From Bacteroidota bacterium (GTDB taxonomy: Bacteria > Pseudomonadota > Gammaproteobacteria > Burkholderiales > Rhodocyclaceae), in NCBI GenBank assembly GCA_050259955.1, contig JBLNBM010000003.1:83935-147934 (forward strand): a stretch of 64,000 bases of DNA. The letters are read 5' to 3'. Shown here in pieces: positions 37,609-47,184 of this stretch. The notes below the pieces were generated by a model. It searched no databases. It was not told the DNA's origin and was given only the letters and a program-made list of their open reading frames with translations. The translations under genes were made by a program, and so were the position numbers. Position 1 is the first letter of the stretch; each line of letters opens with the position of its first letter.

Positions 37609-38547
37609 TCAGCTGGCCGGCTGGGCGTCCTGACCCGGATTGACCGGATCGACGTGCGTCATCAGGTAGAGCACCGGATGCTGCGCCATCACATTAACCC
37701 TGGCTCGATGGGCGATGTCATGGCCTTCGCGGACCGTCAGGCTGCCGTCGATTTCGAGATGGACGTCGGCGAGGATCATGTCGCCGGTCTTGCGGGTCTT
37801 CAGTTCGTGCAGGCCGAGCACGCCGGGCGTCGCCAGGATGGCCGCGGCGATGGCATTGACCTGTTCCTCGGTGGCGGCGCGGTCGGTCAGATCGTGCAGC
37901 GCATCCCAGGTAAAGCTCCAGCCCATGCGGGCAACCATGAAGCCGACGATCAGTGCGGCGATCGGGTCGAGCAGCGGAAAGCCGAGCAGGTTGCCGGCGA
38001 TGCCGATCGACACCACCAGCGACGAGGCGGCATCGGAGCGGGCATGCCAGGCATTGGCGACCAGCATGCTGGAACGCACCCGCTCGGCCACCGCCAGCAT
38101 GTAGCGGAACAGGCCTTCCTTGACGACCAGTGCCGCCAGCGCCACCCATAGTGCCAGCAGGTGTACGGTCGGGATGCTGGCCGGCGCCTGCAGCTTGTGC
38201 ACCGCCGCCCAGATCATGCCGCCGCCGACCGCCAGCAGCAGGCTGCCCAAGGCCAGCGAGGCGGCATTCTCGTAGCGCTGGTGGCCGTAGTGATGGTCGG
38301 CGTCGGCTTCCTTCTTGCTGTGGTGGATGGCGAGCAGGACGACGAAATCGGCGACCAGGTCGGACAGCGAATGGATGCCGTCGGCGACCAGGCCCTGCGA
38401 GCCGGAGACGAAACCGGCCACCACCTGGCCGATGGTGAGCAGGACATTGGCGGCGACGCTGACCCAGGTGCTGCGCCGGGTTGCCGCTTCGCGTTCCGGC
38501 GTCTGGTCTTCGCCGTCGAGTTCGGCCATGTTCTGGAGGTCGGTCAT
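37609..38547 (-). CDS. Cation diffusion facilitator (FieF-like)
   Basis: SQGLVADGIHSLSD, HHYGHQRYE, ANAWHARSDA, DPIAALIV, C-terminal dimerisation domain (THVDP). Confidence 0.9.
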   Translation of the reverse strand: MTDLQNMAELDGEDQTPEREAATRRSTWVSVAANVLLTIGQVVAGFVSGSQGLVADGIHSLSDLVADFVVLLAIHHSKKEADADHHYGHQRYENAASLALGSLLLAVGGGMIWAAVHKLQAPASIPTVHLLALWVALAALVVKEGLFRYMLAVAERVRSSMLVANAWHARSDAASSLVVSIGIAGNLLGFPLLDPIAALIVGFMVARMGWSFTWDALHDLTDRAATEEQVNAIAAAILATPGVLGLHELKTRKTGDMILADVHLEIDGSLTVREGHDIAHRARVNVMAQHPVLYLMTHVDPVNPGQDAQPAS

Positions 38548-38671
38548 CGTGCGCGCGGTGTCCAATCGTGGGGTGGAAAGGCCAGGGGGCCGCTGGATCT
38601 GTCGCGACCGGGAAAAGACGCTCGGGCGCCGCGACGGGGCGCATTTTAAGCGGCGTGCAAGAGGCTGTCCA

Positions 38672-39904
38672 TCAAGCCAGCCGGCCGGCGGCCCAGGCCT
38701 CGGTAAACGCCTGCCATTGCTGGCGCGTCAACTGGCTCATGTCGTCCGCCGCCTGCAGCATTTCCGCCGACCAGCCGCCATCCTGGGCAAACGCGATCAG
38801 GGCGTCGGCATTGGCCGAGCCGGCGCGGCCGGCGGCGCGCAACTGGTCCCAGGCGAGGATGCGGCCCATGCTGGCGACGACCTCATCCAGGCGATTCAGT
38901 TTCTTGCCCCAGTCGCCGATCGCCACGCGGTCTTCCGAAGGCTGCAGGCCGCGCAGGATGAAAGGCCGGTCGTTCCAGCGCACCGGCTGCAGAAAGGCGT
39001 GGTCGATGGCCTGCATGCGCTGCTGCACGGCCACCACCCGGCTCGCCTCGTCGGCCCAGGCCGGCTGTTCGACATCGAGCCGGGCGAGCGTCGGAGCCAG
39101 CGCCGACGGGCGTGCCTCCTTGATGTCGAGCAGGTAATTGCCGTCCGGCGAGCCTTTGCCGGCGATCAGCACGACAAAGCGTTCGATACCCAGGCTGCCG
39201 GTGCCGGCGATGCGCCGCGCGCAATCGAGGACTTCGAAGAATTTCGGCGCTGCCTGGCGCGCCGCGAATTCCGCCATGAAGCGGCACAGGCTCGCCCGCT
39301 GGTCGGCGCTGGCCGGCAACGCCTTGATGCCGTCCACCTTGAGCTGGCGCCGGCCACTCTTGAGGATGGTCCGCTTGTCGAGGAAATCCGGTCGCTTCAG
39401 GTTCTGCAGACGGTCGAACAGGTCCCGGACCAGGCCGTTGGCGGTTTCCCGTTCGACCCAGAGCGGCTTGCCCGCGACCAGCGCCCGGCGATAGGCGTCG
39501 AGACAAGCGCTGCCGAGCGCCTGTGCCTGCGCATCCGAAATATGCAGCGTCTCGGCGCCGCAGCGGATGCTGCTCAGCAGGCGCAGCAGATCCCAGCTGG
39601 CCGGGGCCAGCGCCGCCTCGTCGTAGTCGTTGATGTCGAAATAGACCAGCCGGTTGTCACCCTTGTAACTGCCGAAGTTCTCGAAATGCAGGTCGCCGCA
39701 GCACCAGGCCAGCGGCGCCCCGCGAAAGAGCGGGGAATCGGGCAGTGCGGGGTAGAACAGGTGACAGGCGCCGCGCAGTAAACTGAACGGACTCTGCGCC
39801 ATCTTGGCGTATTTCATCGCCAGCCGCTCCGGTTCGCGCCCGGCATTGGCGATACGGATGGCGCTGACGACATCGGCGGCGGACGGCGAAGTGGGCTGGC
39901 TCAT
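38672..39904 (-). CDS. DUF2252 family protein
   Basis: KYAKMAQSPFSLLRGACHLFY, CGDLHFENFG, FDINDYDE, RRIAGTGSLG, DIKEARPS. Confidence 0.85.
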   Translation of the reverse strand: MSQPTSPSAADVVSAIRIANAGREPERLAMKYAKMAQSPFSLLRGACHLFYPALPDSPLFRGAPLAWCCGDLHFENFGSYKGDNRLVYFDINDYDEAALAPASWDLLRLLSSIRCGAETLHISDAQAQALGSACLDAYRRALVAGKPLWVERETANGLVRDLFDRLQNLKRPDFLDKRTILKSGRRQLKVDGIKALPASADQRASLCRFMAEFAARQAAPKFFEVLDCARRIAGTGSLGIERFVVLIAGKGSPDGNYLLDIKEARPSALAPTLARLDVEQPAWADEASRVVAVQQRMQAIDHAFLQPVRWNDRPFILRGLQPSEDRVAIGDWGKKLNRLDEVVASMGRILAWDQLRAAGRAGSANADALIAFAQDGGWSAEMLQAADDMSQLTRQQWQAFTEAWAAGRLA

Positions 39905-40326
39905 GGCGGATGATCAATTGTTGGTGACTGGCGAACGATACGCCGGTCTGCCGTCCAGGACGACCGCGGCCTCGGGCAGACTGGCGCTGCGGGCAGATAA
40001 TCATTCATCGAACGAATACATACCGAAGGACTTTTCGAAAGAAAAAATCGAGTCTTGAGCTTGGTTACTGCCTGCAAAAAGAAATTGATATTTACACATC
40101 ATAGTCTTTCGCATCCAAGCGTTAGGCCCAAGCGGGACGCCTTTTCGGCGCTCTCCTTACGCTTAGCAAAAGGGCCGACCCCAACGAGTGCGTCGCCTAC
40201 CGGAGCATGCCTATGCGGCGTTTCCTCTTTGGTGCTGTTGGTGGCGGCTGGGGATGATCTTGCGCGGCTGAACCGGGCGCTTTTTGGCACAATGGCGGAC
40301 TTCTGCCGCCTCCACCGGATCTGCCG

Positions 40327-40545
40327 ATGCAAGCCGACGACCTGCTGCTCCTGGTTACCCGCACCATGCCTTTCGGCAAGCATCAAGGGAAGCTGCTCGC
40401 CGACCTGCCGGGCAATTATCTGAACTGGTTTGCCCGCGAGGGTTTTCCGCCCGGGGAAATCGGCCGACTGCTGGCGCTGATGCAGGAAATCGACCACAAC
40501 GGACTGTCTTCGCTGCTCACTCCTTTGCGCCGGCGCCGGCCATAG
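40327..40545 (+). CDS. DUF3820 family protein
   Basis: MPFGKHQGKLLADLPGNYLNWFAREGFPPGEIGRLL...IDHNGL. Confidence 0.85.
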   Translation: MQADDLLLLVTRTMPFGKHQGKLLADLPGNYLNWFAREGFPPGEIGRLLALMQEIDHNGLSSLLTPLRRRRP

Positions 40546-40566
40546 GTGGCCGGCGCCGGTCTGGCC

Positions 40567-41109
40567 TCATTTGGCCTTGAGCTGCTCGGTCATGCAGGCC
40601 CGATGCTGCGGACCCGGCCGGTCGGCACAGGCGGCGCGGGCTTCCTGCCGGGCGGCGCAGCGCTGCGGACGGGCCGACTTGCTGCAGTCGACCGGCGGCA
40701 TCTTGTCCTGCATGCATTGCCGCAAGGCCGGGCCGCTTTGGCCCTGACAGGCCTGGCTGGCTGCCTTGTGGGCGGCGCAGCGTTCGGGGTTGCCCATCTT
40801 GCTGCAATCAACATTTTGCATCTGCACCTGCATGCATTCCCGGCGCTGCGGCCCGGCCTTGTCCTGGCAGGCAGCCATCGCCTCGTCGCGGGCGGCGCGG
40901 CGAGCGGTGCAGGCGGCCGGGTCGGGCGCTTGCGAACAGTCGCGCGGGCTCCGCATCCGCGGCTGGCGATTGCCCGGCATCATGCCGGGGGCGGCCGGCG
41001 TGGCATTGTCGGTGGCGGTGGCGGCGGCGGGCGCCGGCTGGGCGATGGCCGGCGGGCAGAGCAGGGCGGCGAGGAGGGTGCTGACGATCATAAACAGGCG
41101 GGTTTTCAT
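40567..41109 (-). CDS. Secreted Cys-rich tandem-repeat protein
   Basis: Signal peptide, then three ~40-aa repeats DCS..P..C.A...AC....GP..R.CM. Confidence 0.8.
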   Translation of the reverse strand: MKTRLFMIVSTLLAALLCPPAIAQPAPAAATATDNATPAAPGMMPGNRQPRMRSPRDCSQAPDPAACTARRAARDEAMAACQDKAGPQRRECMQVQMQNVDCSKMGNPERCAAHKAASQACQGQSGPALRQCMQDKMPPVDCSKSARPQRCAARQEARAACADRPGPQHRACMTEQLKAK

Positions 41110-41243
41110 GGTCCTTGCTCCTTCAAATGGGTGTATTTCCATTGTAGAGGCCGCGCCGGGCATGGTTCCCGGAACTTGTAAATGACTGCAAACAGATGGC
41201 GCCTTGCTTACAAAGCGTTACGACTCGCGCTATATTGCCGCGC

Positions 41244-43028
41244 ATGAACGACAAATATGCACACGAGCATCGTCTGGTCATTGCCGACGTGCTGGAGATG
41301 ATGGTGGCCGACGGCCTGGTCGACGCCAGCGCGGCCGAGGCGCTGAAAGTCGAGCGTCGCCTGCATGGCGGCCGCGTTCATCCGCTGGTCGTGATCGCCG
41401 ATCAGAAATGGCGCTCGCTGAAGGCGCCGGGCCGGCCGCTCAGTCTCGAAGTGCTGACCGAATGGCTGGCCGGCCATTGCGGTCTCGACTACCTGCACAT
41501 CGATCCGCTGAAAATCGATTTCACCGGCGTCGCCGATGTGATGTCGAGTGCCTACGCGGCGCGCTTCGGCATCCTGCCGGTGCAGGTGACGACGCGCGAA
41601 ATCGTCGTCGCCACCGCCGAGCCCTTTCTCCGGGAATGGGAAGAGGAGCTGAAACCCATTCTGCGCAAGGAAATTCGCCGGGTGATGGCCAATCCGGAAG
41701 ACATTTCCCGCTACCTGGTCGAATTCTTCAGTCTGGCCAAGTCGGTCAAGAAGGCGGCGGCCAAGGGCGAAGTCACCTCGGGGCTGTCGAGCTTCGAGCA
41801 ACTGGTCGAACTGGGCAAGGGCAACCGTCAGTTCGACGCCAACGACCAGCATATCGTCCATATCGTCGACTGGCTGTGGCAGTACGCTTTCGATCAGCGG
41901 GCTTCCGACATTCACATCGAGCCGCGGCGCGATCTCGGCATCGTGCGTTTCCGCATCGACGGCGTGCTGCACCAGGTGTACCAGATCCCGATGACGGTGA
42001 TGAACGCGATGACCAGCCGCATCAAGCTGCTTGGCCGAATGGACGTCATCGAAAAGCGCAGGCCGCAGGACGGCCGGGTCAAGACGCGGACGCCGGCCGG
42101 CCAGGAAGTGGAATTGCGTCTGTCGACGCTGCCCACCGCCTTCGGCGAAAAGCTGGTGATGCGCATTTTCGACCCCGAAGTGCTGGTCCGCGACCTCCGC
42201 TCCCTGGGTTTTTCCGACGAAGACCAGACACGCTGGCAGCAGATGACACGCTCGCCGAACGGCATCATCCTGGTCACCGGGCCGACCGGTTCGGGCAAGA
42301 CGACGACGCTGTACACCACGCTCAAACAGCTGGCGACCTCGGAAGTCAATGTGTGCACCATCGAAGACCCGATCGAAATGGTCGAAGCCTCGTTCAACCA
42401 GATGCAGGTCCAGCACAGCATCGATCTCGGGTTTGCCGACGGCGTGCGGGCCCTGATGCGGCAGGACCCGGACATCGTGATGATCGGCGAAATCCGCGAC
42501 CTGGAAACTGCCGAAATGGCCATCCAGGCGGCCCTGACCGGTCATCTGGTGCTGTCGACGCTGCACACCAATGATGCGCCGTCGGCGATTACCCGTCTGC
42601 TCGATCTCGGTGTGCCGCCCTACCTGATCAATTCGACCCTGCTTGGCGTCATGGCCCAGCGCCTGGTGCGCACGCTGTGCCCGCATTGCAAGAAGCCGGT
42701 GCCGATCCGGGAAGAGCAGCGCGGAGCCTGGCGTTCGCTGGTGGCGCCGTGGAAATCCGGCGAGCCGGCCCAGATCCATCAGCCGGTCGGTTGCCTGGAA
42801 TGCCGGATGACCGGTTACGCCGGGCGGGTCGGTCTCTATGAAATCCTGCTCAACTCCCCTGAGATGCGCAAGCTGATCAAGCCCGCCATGGAACTGGCCA
42901 AGGTGCGCGAACAGGCTTACCGGGAAGGCATGCGCCCGCTGCGCATTTCCGGCGCCCTGAAAGTGGCCCAGGGGCTGACATCGCTGGAGGAAATCATCAA
43001 GGTGGCGCCGCCGGCCGACGACGCATAG
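41244..43028 (+). CDS. GspE/PilB-family secretion ATPase
   Basis: ASDIHIEP, RRPQDGR, GPTGSGKTTTLY, TIEDPIE, RQDPDIVMIGEIRD, LSTLHTN, and the Zn motif CPHC...GCLEC. Confidence 0.93.
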   Translation: MNDKYAHEHRLVIADVLEMMVADGLVDASAAEALKVERRLHGGRVHPLVVIADQKWRSLKAPGRPLSLEVLTEWLAGHCGLDYLHIDPLKIDFTGVADVMSSAYAARFGILPVQVTTREIVVATAEPFLREWEEELKPILRKEIRRVMANPEDISRYLVEFFSLAKSVKKAAAKGEVTSGLSSFEQLVELGKGNRQFDANDQHIVHIVDWLWQYAFDQRASDIHIEPRRDLGIVRFRIDGVLHQVYQIPMTVMNAMTSRIKLLGRMDVIEKRRPQDGRVKTRTPAGQEVELRLSTLPTAFGEKLVMRIFDPEVLVRDLRSLGFSDEDQTRWQQMTRSPNGIILVTGPTGSGKTTTLYTTLKQLATSEVNVCTIEDPIEMVEASFNQMQVQHSIDLGFADGVRALMRQDPDIVMIGEIRDLETAEMAIQAALTGHLVLSTLHTNDAPSAITRLLDLGVPPYLINSTLLGVMAQRLVRTLCPHCKKPVPIREEQRGAWRSLVAPWKSGEPAQIHQPVGCLECRMTGYAGRVGLYEILLNSPEMRKLIKPAMELAKVREQAYREGMRPLRISGALKVAQGLTSLEEIIKVAPPADDA

Positions 43029-43105
43029 CTGCCAAAACTATGCCTTATGGCATGGTCAAAACGCCACACTATGGCGATAATGCCACCTTGCACAAAGGGG
43101 TTATT

Positions 43106-43879
43106 ATGGCAGTCGAGTTGTTCAACGATGGCAAGCACATCGTTCATGCGTTTTACGATCTGGTCGACGATTCGGCCAGTGGTGCCGTCCAGTCCAACCA
43201 GTTCCTGATTGCGGATCACGGCCACGGCGCCCTGATCGATCCGGGCGGCAACATGACCTACACCGGTCTGTTGATGGACATGCAGAAATATTTCTCGTCC
43301 AAGGATCTCGACTACATTCTGGCGTCGCATCCCGATCCCGACATCATTGCCTCGATCAACAAGTGGTTCGTCGCCTCGCAGTGCAAGGTGATGATCTCCA
43401 GTTTGTGGACACGCTTCGTGCCTCATTTCACTACCGGCCGCGACGTCTCCGACCGGATTGTCGGCATTCCCGACCAGGGCGCCCAGATTCGCCTCGGCGA
43501 ATGCAGGCTGCTGGCGCTGCCGGCGCATTTCCTGCATTCCGAAGGCAATTTCCAGTTTTACGATCCGGTCGCCAAAATTCTCTTTTCCGGCGACCTCGGG
43601 GCTTCGCTGGTGCCGCATGAACAGGCGGCCGAGCCGGTGACCGACTTCGCCAGTCATGTGCGGCACATGGAAGGTTTCCATCGCCGCTACATCGTGTCGC
43701 GCAAGGTCGGCCGCTTCTGGGCCAACATGGTCCGCCAGCTCGACATCGAGCAGATCGTGCCCCAGCACGGCAGTCGTTTTGTCGGCAAGGCAGCGATCGG
43801 CGACTTTCTCGACTGGGTGGAGCGCCTGGAATGCGGCGTCGATCTGATGACCCAGGCCAATTACGTCCTGCCTTTGTAA
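43106..43879 (+). CDS. Metallo-beta-lactamase-fold di-iron protein (ODP-like, stand-alone)
   Basis: VQSNQFLI...LIDPGG...SHPDPD...PAHFLHSEGNF...ILFSGDLG...VPQHG; no flavodoxin domain. Confidence 0.8.
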   Translation: MAVELFNDGKHIVHAFYDLVDDSASGAVQSNQFLIADHGHGALIDPGGNMTYTGLLMDMQKYFSSKDLDYILASHPDPDIIASINKWFVASQCKVMISSLWTRFVPHFTTGRDVSDRIVGIPDQGAQIRLGECRLLALPAHFLHSEGNFQFYDPVAKILFSGDLGASLVPHEQAAEPVTDFASHVRHMEGFHRRYIVSRKVGRFWANMVRQLDIEQIVPQHGSRFVGKAAIGDFLDWVERLECGVDLMTQANYVLPL

Positions 43880-43904
43880 TGCCGGCCGGGCCGGCTCGCG
43901 GGAA

Positions 43905-44336
43905 CTAGAGCAAGCCGGCCTTGCGGTGTACCGCCTCGACATAGGCCAGGGCATCCATGCCGCCGCCCTGCTGCTGGGCGCGGAAAATGGTTTCGCCCAG
44001 GCAATCGAGCAGCACATGTTCCGCTGCGTGCGTATCCAGCCGGGGGCGCAGGCTGTCGAAGGCGGCGCGGATGCCGGGCGGCTGGTCGATGCTGAGTTGC
44101 TCGTGAATGGCGAGATGCAGCGAGAGGTGGAGGAAAGGATTCATCTGGCCGCCTTCCGGCGTCCATTCCTTGGCTACGGCACCCTCCGCATCGTTCAGCA
44201 GGGCGTGATATTCCGGATGGCGGGCGACCAGATCGACGGCCGTGACTTCGGCGCCGACCAGGGGGAGGCGTTCCAGGTGTTTTTTCCAGGCGTCGCAAAA
44301 GAAGCGGCGGACCTGCTCGCGGGAAGGGTTAAACAT
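43905..44336 (-). CDS. DUF1841 family protein
   Basis: MFNPSREQVRRFFCDAW...HPEYH...NPFLHLSLHLAIHEQLSIDQPPGIR. Confidence 0.9.
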   Translation of the reverse strand: MFNPSREQVRRFFCDAWKKHLERLPLVGAEVTAVDLVARHPEYHALLNDAEGAVAKEWTPEGGQMNPFLHLSLHLAIHEQLSIDQPPGIRAAFDSLRPRLDTHAAEHVLLDCLGETIFRAQQQGGGMDALAYVEAVHRKAGLL

Positions 44337-44426
44337 GCGTACCTGCAGAAAGTAGGGTGATGGGGGAATGGTCAATGAGTCGATTTTTTCCAGCGGATGC
44401 TGCGGCCGGTTCGTCCTTCCCGAGGC

Positions 44427-45059
44427 TCACGCCGTTTTGCCCTTGAAGGCGCAGAGATCGGCGACCAGGCAGGCCGCGCATTGCGGCTGCCGGGCCTTGC
44501 AGACGTAGCGGCCATGCAGGATCAGCCAGTGATGCGCATCCTGCCGGTACTTCTCCGGCGTGACGCGGAGCAGCTTCTGCTCGACCTCGAGCACGCTCTT
44601 GCCGGGCGCCAGACCGGTTCGGTTGCCGACGCGGAAAATGTGGGTGTCGACGGCGATGGTTGCTTGCCCGAATGCCGTATTGAGTACGACATTGGCCGTC
44701 TTGCGGCCGACTCCCGGCAGCGCTTCGAGCGCCGCGCGCTGGTCGGGAACCTCGCCGCCGTACTGGCTCTCGAGGATACGGCAGGTGGCGATGACGTTGC
44801 GCGCCTTGGTCCGGTAGAGACCGATGGTCTTGATATATTCCATCAGCCCTTCCTCGCCGAGGGCCGCCATCCGCTCGGCGGTCGGCGCCACCGGGAAAAG
44901 CCGGGCGGTCGCCTTGTTGACGCCGACGTCGGTGGCCTGGGCCGAGAGGATCACGGCAACCAGCAGCTGGAAGGGGCTGGCGTAGTGCAACTCGGTGGTC
45001 GGTGCCGGATTGTTGGCGGCAAGCCGGGCGTAGAAGGTTTCGATCTGGGCTTTGTTCAT
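44427..45059 (-). CDS. nth: Endonuclease III
   Basis: LLVAVILSAQATD, HhH LPGVGRKTANVV, VDTH, and 4Fe-4S motif CKARQPQCAACLVADLC. Confidence 0.96.
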   Translation of the reverse strand: MNKAQIETFYARLAANNPAPTTELHYASPFQLLVAVILSAQATDVGVNKATARLFPVAPTAERMAALGEEGLMEYIKTIGLYRTKARNVIATCRILESQYGGEVPDQRAALEALPGVGRKTANVVLNTAFGQATIAVDTHIFRVGNRTGLAPGKSVLEVEQKLLRVTPEKYRQDAHHWLILHGRYVCKARQPQCAACLVADLCAFKGKTA

Positions 45060-45152
45060 GGCCTTGTTGCAGTGCGGGATTGTCAGACCGCCCGGAAAGG
45101 CGGATATTCGACCAAAGTTGATTTTAACCCGACAGAGAAGGGGGGCGTTCCT

Positions 45153-46100
45153 GTGGAACTGACAATCCCCGGCGACAACCTGGTCCTGACACAAATCGTC
45201 GAAGGCAATCCGGTGGCGACTATCGTCATCGATGCGCAACATCGCGTCACCCACTGGAATCGCGCCTGTGCCGTGCTGACCGGGGTGGCGGCCGCTGACA
45301 TGATCGGTTGCGCCGAACAGTGGCGGGCGTTCTATCCGGACGAGCGACCGATCATGGCCGACCTCATCATCAGCGGCCCTTCCGATGACCTGATCGAGGC
45401 CTTCTATCGCGGCAAGTTCCGGCGCTCGCTGTTGATCGATGGCGCCTACGAAGCCGAGGATTTCTTCCCGGCATTCGGCGAGAATGGCTGCTGGCTGTTC
45501 TTTACTGCGGCGCCGTTGCGCAATGCGGCGGGCGAGGTGATCGGCGCCATCGAAACCCTGCAGGACGTGACCGATCGGCGGCGGGCGGAAGAGGCGCTGA
45601 AAAGGAGCGAGGAACGTTACCGCGTGCTCAGCGTCACCGATGCGCTGACCGGCTTGTTCAACCGCCGTCACCTGCATCAATGCCTGGAATACGAAATCGA
45701 GCGCGCCATCCGCTACGGGCGCCCGCTGTCCATGCTGGTCATTGATTGCGACGACTTCAAACAGATCAACGACACCTGGGGGCACCTGGAAGGCGACCGT
45801 GTGCTCCAGGGACTGGCCAAGATGGTGGTCGACTCACTGCGCGCCAGCGATTGTGCCTTCCGCTACGGCGGTGAGGAATTCGTCGTGCTGTTGCCTGAAG
45901 TCGGCGGCGAAGATGCCCGCCTGCTTGCCGAGCGCCTGCGCGTGTCCTTTGCCTGCGCCGAGAAACGGCAATGCACGGTGAGCATCGGTGTCGCCGAATA
46001 TGTTCCGGGAGAAAGCGAAAACTCCTTTATCCACCGGGCGGACGAGGCGGGGTATGATGCCAAGCGGCGGGGCAAGAATTGCGTGGTGGTCGCGGCGTGA
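45153..46100 (+). CDS. PAS-GGDEF diguanylate cyclase
   Basis: PAS (VIDAQHRVTHWNRA), RASDCAFRYGGEEF (GGEEF with RxxD I-site); GTG start after a G-rich RBS. Confidence 0.9.
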   Translation: MELTIPGDNLVLTQIVEGNPVATIVIDAQHRVTHWNRACAVLTGVAAADMIGCAEQWRAFYPDERPIMADLIISGPSDDLIEAFYRGKFRRSLLIDGAYEAEDFFPAFGENGCWLFFTAAPLRNAAGEVIGAIETLQDVTDRRRAEEALKRSEERYRVLSVTDALTGLFNRRHLHQCLEYEIERAIRYGRPLSMLVIDCDDFKQINDTWGHLEGDRVLQGLAKMVVDSLRASDCAFRYGGEEFVVLLPEVGGEDARLLAERLRVSFACAEKRQCTVSIGVAEYVPGESENSFIHRADEAGYDAKRRGKNCVVVAA

Positions 46101-46149
46101 CCGGCTCGAATTTGCCGGCAGGCCAGGGCAGCCAGAAAGCAATAAATTG

Positions 46150-47184
46150 ATGAAACTCTCCGCCAAGCGTCTTCTTCCTGTTGTCCTCGGTGTCGTATCG
46201 CTCGCCGCCGGCCTGGTCTGGCTGGCCCGGACGCACGATTCGCCGGCTCCGTCCGTTGTGCCGGCAGCCGCGCTGGCGCCGGCCGCAACCCTCGATACCA
46301 TCCAGCCGATCCAGCCCCTGCCGCCGTTGCCGGCGCTTTCTCCGCTGCGCGTGGCGTTGGGCGAGCGTTTGTTCCGCGACAAGCGTTTTTCCGCCGACCA
46401 TACGCTGGCCTGCGTGTCCTGCCATGACTTTGCCCACGGCGGCGCCGACGGCCGGCGCGTGTCGATCGGTATCGGCGGGGCGCCGGGCGGCATCAATGCA
46501 CCGACGGTATTCAACAGCGGCCTCAATTTCGTTCAGTTCTGGGACGGTCGCGCCGCCAGCCTGGAGGAGCAGGCGGCCGGGCCGATCCACAATCCGGCCG
46601 AACTGGGCAGTTCCTGGGAGCAGGTGCTCGGCCGCCTGAGCCAGGATGCCGGTCTCGTCGCCGAATTCCGCCGCGCCTATCGCGACGGCCTGACGGCGGC
46701 CAATGTGGCCGACGCCATTGCCACCTTCGAGCGCTCGCTGCTGACCCCGAATTCGCGCTTCGACCGCTATCTGCAGGGCGACAAGCAGGCGCTGACGGCG
46801 CTGGAAGTGGAAGGCTACCGCCGTTTCAGCGAACTGGGCTGCACCAGTTGCCACCAGGGCGCCCTGCTCGGCGGCAACATGTACCAGAAATTCGGCGTTC
46901 TCGGCGACTACTTCGCCGGCTACCCGGAGACCAAGGCCGACCTGGGGCGCTACAACGTCACCGGCCGCGAGGCCGACAAGCATGTCTTCAAGGTGCCGAC
47001 CCTGCGCAACATTGCGTTGACGGCGCCGTATTTCCATAACGGTTCGGTGGATACGTTGGCCGAAGCGGTGCTCATCATGGGACGTTACCAGTTGGGGCGC
47101 GAGCTGGCGCCGGCTGACGTGCAGGCCATCGTCGCCTTCCTCAACAGCCTGAACGGCGAGTGGCGGGGAGTGGCGCTCAAATGA
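46150..47184 (+). CDS. Diheme cytochrome c peroxidase-family protein with N-terminal anchor/signal
   Basis: CVSCH and CTSCH; INAPTVFN, QFWDGRA, EQA.GP...NPAE, FKVPTLRNIALTAPYFHNG, AVLIMG. Confidence 0.9.
   Translation: MKLSAKRLLPVVLGVVSLAAGLVWLARTHDSPAPSVVPAAALAPAATLDTIQPIQPLPPLPALSPLRVALGERLFRDKRFSADHTLACVSCHDFAHGGADGRRVSIGIGGAPGGINAPTVFNSGLNFVQFWDGRAASLEEQAAGPIHNPAELGSSWEQVLGRLSQDAGLVAEFRRAYRDGLTAANVADAIATFERSLLTPNSRFDRYLQGDKQALTALEVEGYRRFSELGCTSCHQGALLGGNMYQKFGVLGDYFAGYPETKADLGRYNVTGREADKHVFKVPTLRNIALTAPYFHNGSVDTLAEAVLIMGRYQLGRELAPADVQAIVAFLNSLNGEWRGVALK

Noticed and set aside
40137-40160. Glycine or c-di-GMP riboswitch (minus strand GGAGAGCGCCGAA; plus strand GGGACGC)
   Set aside because: Only fragments match. 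The P2 stem and CUCUCAGG (glycine) or the GGCAAA...GCAAAGC arrangement (c-di-GMP-I) are missing.
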